From Eledone cirrhosa (taxonomy: Eukaryota), in assembly GCA_964016885.1 (NCBI GenBank), contig OZ024741.1, positions 264,492,001-264,556,000 on the forward strand: a DNA stretch of 64,000 nt, given 5' to 3'. The notes beneath the pieces were generated by a model. That model saw nothing but the letters and a program-made list of their open reading frames with translations, did not search any database and had not been told where the DNA came from. Of the stretch, positions 47,432 through 61,909 are shown one piece after another. Both the position numbers and the translations under genes were made by a program. How positions within the stretch are numbered: the first letter of the stretch is position 1; each line of letters starts with the position of its first letter.

Positions 47432-48168
47432 GTAAATATAAGAGAAATATATTTGTTCGTTTGTACACATGTGTGTATAGTAAGGAAGAATATGTCAGTG
47501 AAGCCAATTCAAACACAAATCTTTTATGCCCACCCCTCCCACGTTGATATGAAAACAGTGATGATCAACTGCAAAGTGTAAAGAAATTGGTGTATAGGTG
47601 GTGCCAGATATACAATAACATGTGTGGTGGAGGAGATGAGAGAAAGGGTTCCGACGGTAATGTGTACCAAAGTTACCTTGGTGTAAAAGTGATAAGGTAA
47701 AACCTGAAGTTTGTTCTCATTAACATCATTTTCAAATTGCGCCTCTTAAATATTTGAATTACCCCCCCCCCCCTTGTGGAGCGTGCGCCTCGCGTTAGGA
47801 ATCACTAGTGTATAGATAAAGAGAAATGAAATAACGATGCGGATCAAAGAGTATTTTGTCCCGCCAGCTGAATGTTATGAATGACATTTTTAATGTTGTT
47901 TTTAACCGAGAGATGTTTCAGTATAAATCTGTAGAAATATTCTATCACAGACAGTTGCCATCACCGACCAAAAGCCAAAGGCTATTTCTAGGCAGAAATG
48001 GAGTCGGACGCCTTCGTACTTCAAATTCCATTTCAGTCTTGCTTTCTAATCTTTTCCTGACAATTCTATTGTCTTTCCTATCGTTCTCATAGCCAAACAT
48101 TTTCTTGCCTCAGAGGAGTTTATGCTAGATCCTGTCAACATTCCATTTTTAATAGACACATCATTAGA

Positions 48169-50570
48169 TTGTCGTATTCTACAACTATGAATATGGCCCA
48201 AAACATTGCTAAATTAAACACTAAAATTCTAAAACAAAACCAGCAAAATGATCTTAATAATAGCGTTAACATAAATGATACTAAACCAAAATGTAATTGT
48301 AGATATAAAACTGACTGCCCTCTGCAAACTAATTGTCTAGATAATAATTTGGTTTATAAATGCACCGTAAAAACTGATCACAACACATACAACTACATAG
48401 GATCGACTTCTTCTACATTTAAAGCCAAATTTGCGAAAAATAAATGCTCATTCTAGAACTCCAAGAGGAAATCATCCACTTCTTTATCACAGCTCATATG
48501 GTCATTAAAAGAGAGGAATTTAAAATAATCCATTCTTTGGACGAAACTTCGGAATTGTGGAGTTTACCGCAACTCAAGTATATCAAATAACTGCGCGCTC
48601 TGTACAATGGAGACCCTGTTGATTTTTAATAACTATGAGACCCTAATTAACAAAAAAGTGAATTATTCTCTAATTGCATTCATAAAGTTACGTCTACATT
48701 CCTAGCCTCCCATAAGACCAGAAAAAAAGAGAAAAAAACACTAAGCCATTAAACTTGGTTTTTAGACGTAAATAATCAACAGGTGATAACCTTAATGGCC
48801 TTTAATATTACCTTATCTTATAACTATCTATAGAAGGAATAACGCTCGAATGAATGACACTTGTTCAATAACACGCTGACACGTTGATATACATAACATA
48901 ATATTATTAACTTTGATCCATACCATTATTTCTCTATCTTTATTTTCCTATCTAAGTTTTAATTTTAGTTTAAAAATCCAACCTGTAAATTTTTACGGAA
49001 CTTATTTTAAACTGTGAATCATTCATGTGTTTACATTTTTTTTATTTATTTATAATATGTATGTACTTATCTTTTGTAAGTTCTTAAATATACCTACCTT
49101 TATATTTTTCTATCCATGATTTAAATATAGTGCAAATATAGTCCAACCTGTAAATTTTTACGGACCTTATTTTAAAATGTGAATTATCCATGCGTTTACA
49201 CATTTTTTTTATATATATATGTATGTATTTAACTTTAGCACGTTGAAATCTATTATATAAGATTATAATCGTTATCATTTACCAAAAGTATACTGTATCA
49301 CTAATACTTAGTATATCTCTCTATACCTAATTTTTAGATAATTTTTAAATGTTTACATTATTTATTTTGAACTGTGAATAATTCATGCATTACACTCTTT
49401 TACATATATGTATCTATTTAACTTTAGCATGTTTGAATCTATTATTTTATATTCATTATCATTTACCTAAAGTATACTGGCTCATTAGTATTTAGTATAT
49501 CTCTCTATACCAAATTTTTATTTTTGCAAATAAGTGTATCTGTATAACATAATCTTATTATTATGGGTTTTTTTTAGCATATATATCTATAGTGTATAAT
49601 AACATAATTACCGTTTTGGTTTAACGCTATATATAGTTTGTACAAATATATAGTTTGTGCAAATATAGATATTTGTACAATAGCATTTTATTATTCATAT
49701 CATGAAAGTAGAACTTATACAGAGATTTAATATAATATAACAAATATTAATTTATTACCATAATTCCAAATATATATATATAAGTTGCTGAAAACTCTGC
49801 GTTAATCATTACACTAACTACTTGACAATTAATTTTTAGATATTTCTAACAATAAGTACTTCATAAGCTTTACATACCGAAAATGTTGACATTCTTATGG
49901 GTAATTTTCGTTGAAGATTACATTTAGGAAAATATTCAACAGTGTAAATTTTCCTTAAGCTGGTCATGTAAATCCTTTAAATTTTGTCCTCATAAAATTC
50001 AGAAGTTTAGAAATGTTAACACAATTATAGAATTTATAAAATTAATAAATATAAATAACCATCAACTTTAAAAATAAACCTAAAATTTTGATTCTTCACT
50101 CTTAAAATAATATTTTGAAACTTAACCGTTTAGCCTTTAAGGAAAAAAAAAATTTGTTATGCATATATTACTCCCCTTTATCTCTCCCTCTCTTTAAATC
50201 TTCTATCAGTGGCCTTCATAAACAGTTAGAATTCACGAGACGTTTTCCTAGATAACCATAACTTGTAGTATCCCACATTTTAAAATCTCTATAGCTGTCA
50301 CATTAAGCAACGTTTTTCTTACTCATACATCCTCTATTGAATTTATTACGTTTTCGCATTTTCTCATTATTAGGGTATAAATGTTGAGTTTTCTCTTAGG
50401 TTAATCACTACCTTGATTAAATCTTAACCATTTAACATCTCAGGGTATGTCATGTATCATTATATTTTGTCTGATGAGGACGTACTGTTGTACCTCTGAA
50501 ATATGTATAATAAAATTTAATTGATCAAAAGAACATCTATTTTATTAATATTTGTATTTTAATATTTTAA
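48169..50570 (+). mobile_element. 5'-truncated decayed Penelope: GIY-YIG fragment, long AT-rich 3' UTR, hammerhead pLTR
   Basis: SYSTT.NM...CNCR....CPL...C....VYKCTV....NYIGST at 48169-48456 with downstream stops; hammerhead at 50464-50516. Confidence 0.8.
50464..50516 (+). ncRNA. Type I minimal hammerhead ribozyme
   Basis: attttgt-CTGATGA-..gtac/gtac..-GAAA-tatgta-TA-ataaaat. Confidence 0.75.
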
Positions 50571-50586
50571 TATATATATATATATA

Positions 50587-51471
50587 CGAGGTGTGTCAGA
50601 AAAGTTCCAGGACTGATGTCACAAAAGATTTATTTCAAACCCAAACTTCACACTAAGAGTTTTCTCCTTCAAAGTAATCCCCCTGGAGTCTAATGCACTT
50701 TTCCATCCTTTTCTGCCACGCTTGCATGCACTCCTGGAAGGATTCTTCCGGGATCCTCCGCAGTTCCGTCGTCACGGCCTTTTTGATGTCGTCCACGTCT
50801 TCAAAACGCGTCCCCTTCGGGTCGTACTCGAAGATCTATGACTCATCACCGGTGATGACTGTCCCTAGCAAGTCTGGTTCGGTTTCAAGACGCTCGAGGA
50901 TGTCCTGGCACACTTCCATGCGTCGACCCTTCTGGTCATCGTTCAGCAGTTTTGGCACCATCTTCGCGCAGACTTTCCGCATGTCCAAATCTTCAGTGAG
51001 AATCTTCCAGATGCTGTTCCGATTCATGCCCAGCTCATTTGCCATCAGTCGAACAGTCAGCCGACGATCGCTACGCACCATCTGCCTGACGCGCTCAACG
51101 TTGACCTCAGTCCTGGTTGTTGAGGGCCTTCCGCTCCTGGGGTCATCTTGCACCACTCAAAAAGAAGTGAGCGTGACATCGTCTCAACTCCATACACTTG
51201 CTGCAGCAATCCCAGTGCTTCTGATGGAGTTTTCCCCAACCGTACCAGAAACTTCAAGTTTGTTCGTTGCTCTGTGCTCATTGCTTGACGACCTGAAACA
51301 GAGGACATGTATATAAAATTATGAAGAAAAAAGTTTGATCGCTGCAGAGAGCTAAGATTACAGTTACATACTCCAGGGGGATTACTTTGAAGGAGAAAAC
51401 TCTTAGTGTGAAGTTTGGGTTTGAAATAAATCTTTTGTGACATCAGTCCTGGAACTTTTCTGACACACCTC

Positions 51472-51472
<1 letters not shown>
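50587..51472 (-). mobile_element. Internally deleted mariner transposon with 103-bp perfect TIRs, inserted in (TA)n
   Basis: TIRs 50587-50689 and 51370-51472; transposase remnants EQRTNLKF..GKT, DDPRSGRP, VPKLL, ITGDES*IFEYDP, CIRLQGDYFE. Confidence 0.93.
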
Positions 51473-51567
<95 letters not shown>

Positions 51568-51569
51568 GG

Positions 51570-51836
51570 AGCTTCCAACAGAAATGGTCGCATTCTTTAA
51601 GGGTATGTCAATATTTATTTATAAAACTGCTCTATATTATATTCTATCTGATGAAAGCACACCATAATTTAACTTGGTGTCCTTGAAATATGTATAATGA
51701 AATAAATATGGTTTTATAAATATAGTTTCCATTTGTTAATATATCGTATTTTTACTCCAATAATTTGTTGAGTGCTTTATATCAGATATAAAAATATTTG
51801 CTTGTTGTATCCCAACAATTTAAATAGAACTTCTAC

Positions 51837-51838
<2 letters not shown>
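51570..51838 (+). mobile_element. Penelope pLTR (family A) with hammerhead at 51640-51704
   Basis: CTGATGA..GAAA-tatgta-TA-atgaaata; homologous to 1-225. Confidence 0.78.
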
Positions 51839-51887
<49 letters not shown>

Positions 51888-52115
51888 AATGTCGAAACTA
51901 CTATTTCTGTCAGCTAAATAACAGAGGACGTAGGACAAACAGAGACAGAGATATGAACTCTCCTCTCTAAATATGTATGTAAAAACTAATCATTTTTCTT
52001 CCCTTTTTTATTATTCGTATAAATATGCAACATAACTACATTATGTATATCTGCAGTTGAAAAATCATATAATGCTGAAATAGTTACCACTATTAAATGT
52101 GTGAGTGTGTGTGTA

Positions 52116-52147
<32 letters not shown>

Positions 52148-53053
52148 CGTCTGTGTGTGTGTGTGTGTGTGTGTGTATTTTCCTTGTGGGGTTTCTTCTT
52201 TCCCGCTTAATGTTTTTTTTCATAATCTAGTTTTAAAACACTAAATAAGAATCAAGATATTAATTATAAGATAGCAGACATTTTATCGATTTTTTATCGA
52301 TAATTCAAGAGTTCGATTAGCTGTTTAGATTATTTAAATTATCAAGTGATGATCAGAACTTACCAAACTTTTTTTAAATCTTTCCTCGTGCCACATATTT
52401 TGCTAGCGCCACGAAATCAACGAAATATTTACTTATTTTTTTATTCATTTACTTAATTTAAACGTCCGTATAGAGCTAGTAAGCCATGATAGACAAGGGG
52501 AAGTATACGAGAATTTCTTACAGTTTGGTAATCAAAAAGAGCTAGTGAGAAAAGCAATAAAAAAATTTTAAAAGAAAGAATACAAAATAAAAAAAATAAA
52601 ATAAAATAAAAATTTCCAATATTGAAGGCCATAAATAAAAAATAAATAAATAAATTTCCATGTCACATCTCAACTGTCATGTGATTATCTGTATGCAAAA
52701 TTGTAAGTTCTCAAATCTATTTCCCAATCAAATATTTGTATTAAAAAATTGAGTTGAATTTCACGAAACACCTAAAGGTCTTTAGTGACACACTAACATG
52801 ACAAGACATAGTTTAGAAACCTTTGTCATAGTTTAGCGCATGTCAACTCCGCAATTATTATAAAACACTTTTTTTTTCTCCGCCATTATCAAAATCTCAA
52901 AAATCCATCTAACGAGTGAGTCTTTAAATGGTCGCTCTATCTGCTAGAAATAACAGATAAATTACCTCAAATCAGACCCTTAGAAAAACAAAAAACACAT
53001 TAGCTAACGCAATCGTAGTTAACTCCCTGAAAGAAAGGGTTGGTTAAGGCTGT

Positions 53054-53235
53054 GGCAGTATCGGTAGAGGGCCGGACGCCATGCTTTCACGCATAGAGTT
53101 ACGGCCATTGCCATTCTGAGTTCAAATCCCGCCGAAGTTAACTTTGTCTTTCATCCTTACGGGGTCGATAAAAATAAAGTACCAGTAATGCACTGAGTAA
53201 TTGCTGGCCTTGTGCCTAAAGTAGAAACAATTATT
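53054..53235 (+). mobile_element. tRNA-derived SINE
   Basis: ggcagtatcggtagag (A-box-like), GAGTTCAAATCCC B box, core ctttcatcc..ggtcgataaaa..agtaccag. Confidence 0.8.
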
Positions 53236-53244
53236 AGAAATGAC

Positions 53245-53650
53245 CAACAGCCAAACAACAACAACAACTACAACAACAATAACAATAACAACAACAACAC
53301 AACAATAACAACAGCAACAACAAGAATAACGATAACAATAACAACAATAACAACTACAACAACAACAACAATGACAACAACAACAACAATAACAACAACA
53401 ACAACAACAACAACAACGACATCAACAACAATAACAACAACAACAACTACAGCAACAACGACGTCAGCGACAATAACAACAACAACAACTACAACAACAA
53501 CAACAATGACACTAACAACAACAACAACAACAACAACAACAATAACAACAACTACAGCAACAACGACGTCAGCGACAATAACAACAACAACAACAACAAC
53601 AACAACAATAACAACTACAACTGCAACAACAACAACAGCAACAACAAATC
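53245..53650. repeat. (ACA)n trinucleotide tract
   Basis: Directly visible. Confidence 0.95.
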
Positions 53651-54063
53651 TCAAAATATCACCATTCAGACATTCAACATATATATATCATCATCATCAT
53701 CCTATTATCGCTGCTCCCCTTCTTCCCCCTCCTCCCCCCGCCACCTACTCTACCACCTCCTCTTCCCCATCATCATCATCGCACACATTATTCCCATTAA
53801 ATATCATTTACTATAAAGTTTAAACGAAGATTAGATGGCTGGCATCTGGTATTTATCAAGCGGATTACTGTAGGAGTGTCGGCTGAAAGATTCATAAGCT
53901 GACCAAGATACTCTCATGGAATTACAAAATGATGCCATCCCCTCCCCTACCCGTTCTTTTTTCTTTCTTTTTCTCTTTTTTTCTCTATATTTCCCTGTTC
54001 TTTTTTTTCTTTTGTTTCCTTTTCTTTTTTCATTATTGCCGTTATCATAGTTGTCATCATTTT

Positions 54064-54855
54064 GGTAGTATCGGTAGAGGGTCAGACGCCATGCTTCGCA
54101 GCATAGAGTTACGGCCCTTTATGTTCTGAGTTCAAATCCCGCCGAGGTTAGCTTTGTCTTTCATCGATACTTTATTCATCAATAAAGTACCAGTAACGCA
54201 CTGGGGTCGATTTAATCGACTTTCCCCTCTCCCCCGAAAAGTGTTGAGCTTGTGCCTAAATCAGAAATCATTAGGATTGGCAGTATCGGTAGAGGGTCGG
54301 ACGCCATGCTTTCCAGCATAGAGTTACGGCCCTTGCCATTCTGAGTTCAAATCCCGCCGAGGTTAACTTTGCCTTTCATCCTTACGAGGTCGATGAAATA
54401 AAGTACCAGTAATGTACTGGGGTAATTTCTGGCCTTGTGCCAAAAGTAGAAACAATTATTATTGTTATTAGGGCGTGGGTTAACAGTAATCAGTAGAGCG
54501 TCGGACAATATGTCATGCGGCATAGAGTTACGGCTCTTTATGTTCTCAGTTCAAATCCTGCCGAGGCTAGCTTTGCCTTTCATCTTTACGGGGTCGATAA
54601 AATAAAGAACCAGAAATGTACAGGGGTCGAGTTAATCGACTTTCCCCTTTTCCCAAAATTGCTGCTCTTGTGCCTAAATCAGGAAACATTTGGACACCTT
54701 GCTTTGCAGCATAGAGTTACGGCCCTTTATGGTCTGAGTTCATATTCCGCCGAGGTTAACTTTGCCTTTCATCCTTACGCGGTCGATAAAATAAAGTACC
54801 AGTAATACACTGGGATATTTGCTGGCCTTGTGTCAAAAGTAGAAACAGTTATTAT
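54064..54855 (+). mobile_element. Tandem cluster of four tRNA-SINE copies
   Basis: Units start at ~54064, 54279, 54484 and 54690 with the same B box and core. Confidence 0.85.
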
Positions 54856-55197
54856 TGTTATTTATTTATGTTATTTATTTATTTATTTCCATATATTTTT
54901 TTTTGCCCCCTCCTCCTCCTCCTCCCACCACCTCCCCCACTCTCCCTCTTACCCCTCACCCACAACAACAACATCCCCCTCCTTCTCCTCCTCCCACCGC
55001 CTCCCCACTCTCCCCCTTACCCCTCACCCTCAACAACAGCATCCCCCTCCTTCTCCTTCTCCCACCGCCTCCCCACTCTCCCCCTCACCCCTCAACAACA
55101 CCATCCCCCTTCTTCTCCTTCTCCCCCTTTTACCCCCGATTGAACCCGGGATCCTACAAGCACACTCATATATATATGTATATATATATATACATAT

Positions 55198-55241
<44 letters not shown>

Positions 55242-55269
55242 AACGAGTAGGACCCCGCGGCAGAGCTCA

Positions 55270-55649
55270 AGCCTAATTTGCATATCGAGTGAGTTCAGTG
55301 CCGTACTAAGAGTGAGAAATGAAATTTCGTTTCATTCCATTACAACGCCTGGCCGACTGAACTCACTCGATATGCAAATTAGGCTGCTCAGCCGTTAATT
55401 TTCATAGGGAAAGTATATACTTTCGAACGTTCAACCATCTGGCAGAAGGGTATACGGTGCTGATGATAGCTAAGAAGCTTGAAACTAGTACATCGTTCCT
55501 GTGTCAGTGTTGAATAAAAAGGTGACGTGGTTGCCTTAACACCGTACGGCATAAATCAGGCTGTCCGTTTGTTTACAAACGGACAAAGCGGGCGTTATAA
55601 TAAACGTCCGCTAAACTGATACGTACATATATATATGTGTACCTGTATG

Positions 55650-55725
<76 letters not shown>

Positions 55726-55837
55726 TGCTTCTGTACGTCTGTATACATATATGTATGTACGTATACATACATACTTACATTTAAGTAAGTGCCGTACTAA
55801 GAGTGAGAAATGAAATTTCGTTTCATTCCATTACAAC
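55270..55837 (+). mobile_element. Penelope pLTR/retrozyme-like element (family B) with hammerhead at 55454-55496
   Basis: acggtg-CTGATGA-..GAAA-ctag-TA-catcgt; homologous to 3100-3450; 30-bp inverted repeat 55270-55299/55356-55385. Confidence 0.78.
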
Positions 55838-55861
55838 TTATATATATATATATATATATAC

Positions 55862-55917
<56 letters not shown>

Positions 55918-56044
55918 CATACATACATACATATATATATACACATAAGCACACAGACACAAATAAGCACGCATTCACACACATATATATATATCTGTGT
56001 GTGTGTGTGTGTGCCAGTGAATGTGTGTGTGTGTGTGTGTGCCA

Positions 56045-56078
<34 letters not shown>

Positions 56079-56269
56079 CAGTGTATGTGTGTATGTGTGT
56101 GTGTGTGTGCCAGTGTATGTGTGTGTGTGTGTGCCAGTGTATGTGTGTGTGTGTGTGCCAGTGTATGTGCGTGTGTGTGCCAGTGTATGCTCATATCACC
56201 ATAACCTAGAAGCAGTCACACTTGGTTAGGTTGTTTACACCAGTGTCTGTTGGTGCATAATACACACAC

Positions 56270-57005
56270 GCACACATACATATATGTGCATTCAAACACA
56301 CACACACGCACACATACATATATGTGCATTCAAACACACACACACATACATATATGTTCATTCAAACACACACACACATAGATATATGTGCATTCAAACA
56401 CACACACACACACACATACATATATGTGGATTCAAACACACACACACATACATATATGTGCATTCAAACACACACACACATACATATATGTGCATTCAAA
56501 CACACACACACACACACATACATATATGTGGATTCAAACACACACACACATACATATATGTGCATTCAAACACACACACAGATACATATATGTGCATTCA
56601 AACACACACACGCATATACATGCAACGTACATTCAAACACATGCACACGTACGTGTACAATCATACAGATGCACATACATTTACAGATAAACCCTTACAT
56701 GCAGATATAAACATGCGCATATATATACGTGCATTCACACACACGCACAAATAAATCCATAAATACAAATGCAGGCATGCACACATATATACATGTATTT
56801 ACACACACGCACACATATATACATGTATTTACACACACACACGCACACATATATACATGTACTTACACACACGCACACATATATACATGTATTTACACAC
56901 ATGCACACATATATACATGTATTTACACACACGCACACATATATACATGTATTTACACACACGCACACATATATACATGTATTTACACACACGCACACAT
57001 ATATG
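56270..57005. repeat. Two adjacent CA-rich minisatellites (~30-34 bp units)
   Basis: catatatgtgcattcaaacacac.. and atatacatgtatttacacacacgcacacat. Confidence 0.9.
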
Positions 57006-57089
57006 CACACATAAACACATGCATAGATACGGATGCACATATATATAATGCCACACACAGATACACATACACATATAGACACAGACATA

Positions 57090-58290
57090 CACAGACATAC
57101 ATTTACGTATATACATATATAGACACATACATACATTTACGTCCATGTATATATAGACACATACACATACTTACATTTACGTATATACATATATAGACAC
57201 ATACACATACATACATTTACGTCCATGTATATATAGACACATACACATACTTACATTTACGTATATACATATATAGACATATACACATACATACATTTAC
57301 GTATATACATATATAGACACATACACATACATACATTTACGTATATACATATATAGACACATACACAGGCATACATTTACGTCCATGTATATATAGACAC
57401 ATACACATACATACATTTACGTATATACATATATAGACACATACACAGGCATACATCTACGTCCATGTATATATAGACACATACACATACATACATTTAC
57501 GTATATACATATATAGACACATACACATGCATACATTTACGTCCATGTATATATAGACATATACACATACATACATTTACGTATATACATATATAGACAC
57601 ATACACATACATACATCTACGTCCATGTATATATAGACACATACACATACATACATTTACGTATATACATATATAGACACATACACATACATACATTTAC
57701 GTCCATGTATATATAGACACATACACATACATACATCTACGTCCATGTATATATAGACATATACACATACATACATTTACGTATATACATATATAGACAC
57801 ATACACATACATACATTTACGTCCATGTATATATAGACACATACACATACATACATTTACGTCCATGTATATATAGACATATACACATACATACATTTAC
57901 GTATATACATATATAGACACATACACATACATACATTTACGTCCATGTATATATAGACATATACACATACATACATTTACGTATATACATATATAGACAC
58001 ATACACAGGCATACATTTACGTCCATGTATATATAGACATATACACATACATACATTTACGTATATACATATATAGACACATACACATACATACATCTAC
58101 GTCCATGTATATATAGACATATACACATACATACATTTACGTATATACATATATAGACACATACACATACATACATTTACGTCCATGTATATATAGACAC
58201 ATACACATACATACATTTACGTATATACATATATAGACACATACACATACATACATTTACGTCCATGTATATATAGACATATACACATAC
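57090..58290. repeat. 40-bp minisatellite with two alternating variants
   Basis: atacatttac-gtccatgtat or gtatatacat-atatagacacatacacatac. Confidence 0.95.
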
Positions 58291-58569
58291 ATATGCAGAT
58301 ATAGTGACAGAGAATCTCAAACGTACACATACATTCACAGACGAATTCAGACATACTCATGAACACGCTCGCATACACACACAGTCATGCACAATCACAG
58401 ACACGCAAAAGCACGTGCACGTACACGCACGCGCGAACGCGTGTCTTTTGCTCATTTATAAAATAAGAGACGTGCTGTTAAGGGCATTACACATGCACCC
58501 GTGCACACGTGCGTACACACAGACACACTTGTGCTAACACACTTACGTACATACCCATAATCTTAGACA

Positions 58570-61165
58570 CGCATACATGCACACACAAACATACATGCAC
58601 ACACGCAAACATACATGCACACACAAACATACATGCACACACGCAAACATACATGCACACGCAAACATACATGCACACACACAAACATACATGCACACAC
58701 AAACATACATGCACACACGCAAACATACATGCACACACAAACATACATGCACACACACAAACATACATGCACACACAAACATACATGCACACACAAACAT
58801 ACATGCACACACACAAACATACATGCACACACACACAAACATACATGCACACACAAACATACATGCACAAACACAAACATACATGCACACACAAACATAC
58901 ATGCACACACACAAACATACATGCACACGCACAAACATACAAGCACACACAAACATACATGCACACACAAACATACATGCACACACAAACATACATGCAC
59001 ACACAAACATACATGCACACGCACAAACATACATGCACACACAAACATACATGCACACACACAAACATACATGCACACACACAAACATACATGCACACAC
59101 ACAAACATACATGCACACACACAAACATACATGCACACACACAAACATACATGCACACACGAACATACATGCACACACACAAACATACAAGCACACACAA
59201 ACATACATGCACACACACAAACATACATGCACACACACAAACATACATGCACACACACAAACATACAAGCACACACAAACATACATGCACACACACAAAC
59301 ATACATGCACACACAAACATACATGCACACACACAAACATACATGCACACACAAACATACATGCACACACACAAACATACATGCACACGCAAACATACAT
59401 GCACACACAAACATACATGCACACACAAACATACATGCACACACACAAACATACATGCACACACAAACATACATGCACACACACAAACATACATGCACAC
59501 ACACAAACATACATGCACACATACAAGCATACATGCACACACACAAACATACATGCACACACACAAACATACATGCACACACACAAACATACATGCACAC
59601 ACACAAACATACATGCACACACAAACATACATGCACACACACAAACATACAAGCACACACAAACATACATGCACACACACAAACATACATGCACACGCAA
59701 ACATACATGCACACGCAAACATACATGCACACACACAAACATACATGCACACACACAAACATACATGCACACACACAAACATACAAGCACACACAAACAT
59801 ACATGCACACACACAAACATACATGCACACGCAAACATACATGCACACACAAACATACATGCACACACAAACATACATGCACACACACAAACATACATGC
59901 ACACACAAACATACATGCACACACACAAACATACATGCACACACAAACATACATGCACACACACAAACATACATGCACACACACAAACATACATGCACAC
60001 ACAAACATACATGCACACACACAAACATACATGCACACACACAAACATACATGCACACACAAACATACATGCACACACACAAACATACATGCACACACAA
60101 ACATACATGCACACACACAAACATACATGCACACACAAACATACATGCACACACACAAACATACATGCACACACAAACATACATGCACACACACAAACAT
60201 ACATGCACACACAAACATACATGCACACACACAAACATACATGCACACACAAACATACATGCACACACACAAACATACATGCACACACACAAACATACAA
60301 GCACACACAAACATACATGCACACACACAAACATACATGCACACGCAAACATACATGCACACACAAACATACATGCACACACAAACATACATGCACACAC
60401 ACAAACATACATGCACACACAAACATACATGCACACACACAAACATACATGCACACACAAACATACATGCACACACACAAACATACATGCACACACACAA
60501 ACATACATGCACACACAAACATACATGCACACACACAAACATACATGCACACACACAAACATACATGCACACACAAACATACATGCACACACACAAACAT
60601 ACATGCACACACAAACATACATGCACACACACAAACATACATGCACACACAAACATACATGCACACACACAAACATACATGCACACACAAACATACATGC
60701 ACACACACAAACATACATGCACACACAAACATACATGCACACACACAAACATACATGCACACACAAACATACATGCACACACACAAACATACATGCACAC
60801 ACACAAACATACATGCACACACAAACATACATGCACACAAACATACATGCACACACACAAACATACATGCACACACAAACATACATGCACACACACAAAC
60901 ATACATGCACACACAAACATACATGCACACACACAAACATACATGCACACACAAACATACATGCACACACACAAACATACATGCACACACAAACATACAT
61001 GCACACACACAAACATACATGCACACACAAACATACATGCACACACACAAACATACATGCACACACACAAACATACATGCACACACAAACATACATGCAC
61101 ACACACAAACATACATGCACACGCAAACATACATGCACACACAAACATACATGCACACACAAACA
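58570..61165. repeat. 20/22-bp minisatellite aaacatacatgcacacac(ac)
   Basis: Directly visible; source of the 850-960 aa artefact ORFs. Confidence 0.97.
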
Positions 61166-61909
61166 TAGATGCACACCCTCACACATAAACTCACACACAT
61201 ACTCACACATATACTCACACATATACTCACACACACATAGAGCACATATACCCATGTGAACGTATGCACACACACTCTCTCTCTCTTCCAAAGACACACA
61301 CACATACACACATTCTCTCTTACAAACACACACACACACATACTTTCTTACAAATAAACAGGCACACACACACACACTCTCTCCCTCTTACAAACACACA
61401 CATACACACACTCTCTCTCTCTTACAGACACACACACACACACACTCTCTCTCTCTCTATTACAAACACACACACACATACACCCTCTCTTACAAACACA
61501 CACACACACACTCTCTCTCTTACAAACACACAAACACACACACATACTCTCTCTTACAAAGACACAAACACACACATGCACACACATGCATATAGTGACA
61601 CATCCACACACGCAGGCAATTACCGAATGTATTTTCACATATAATTTGATGAGACACGCAGCTAATACACATACATACATACACATATACACATACAGAC
61701 ATACATATATACACATACACAGATACAAATATACACATACCATATACATATTAACATACAAACATAGACATACACACACATACACATTACACATATACAC
61801 ATACACACATACACATACACATATATACACATATGCGCATACATATATACACATATACACATACACATACAAACATACACATACACATATACACATATAT
61901 TGACACAAG

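Noticed and set aside
58487-61375. Five 850-960 aa ORFs on both strands
   Set aside because: Translations of a stop-free 20/22-bp CA minisatellite; no protein-like complexity
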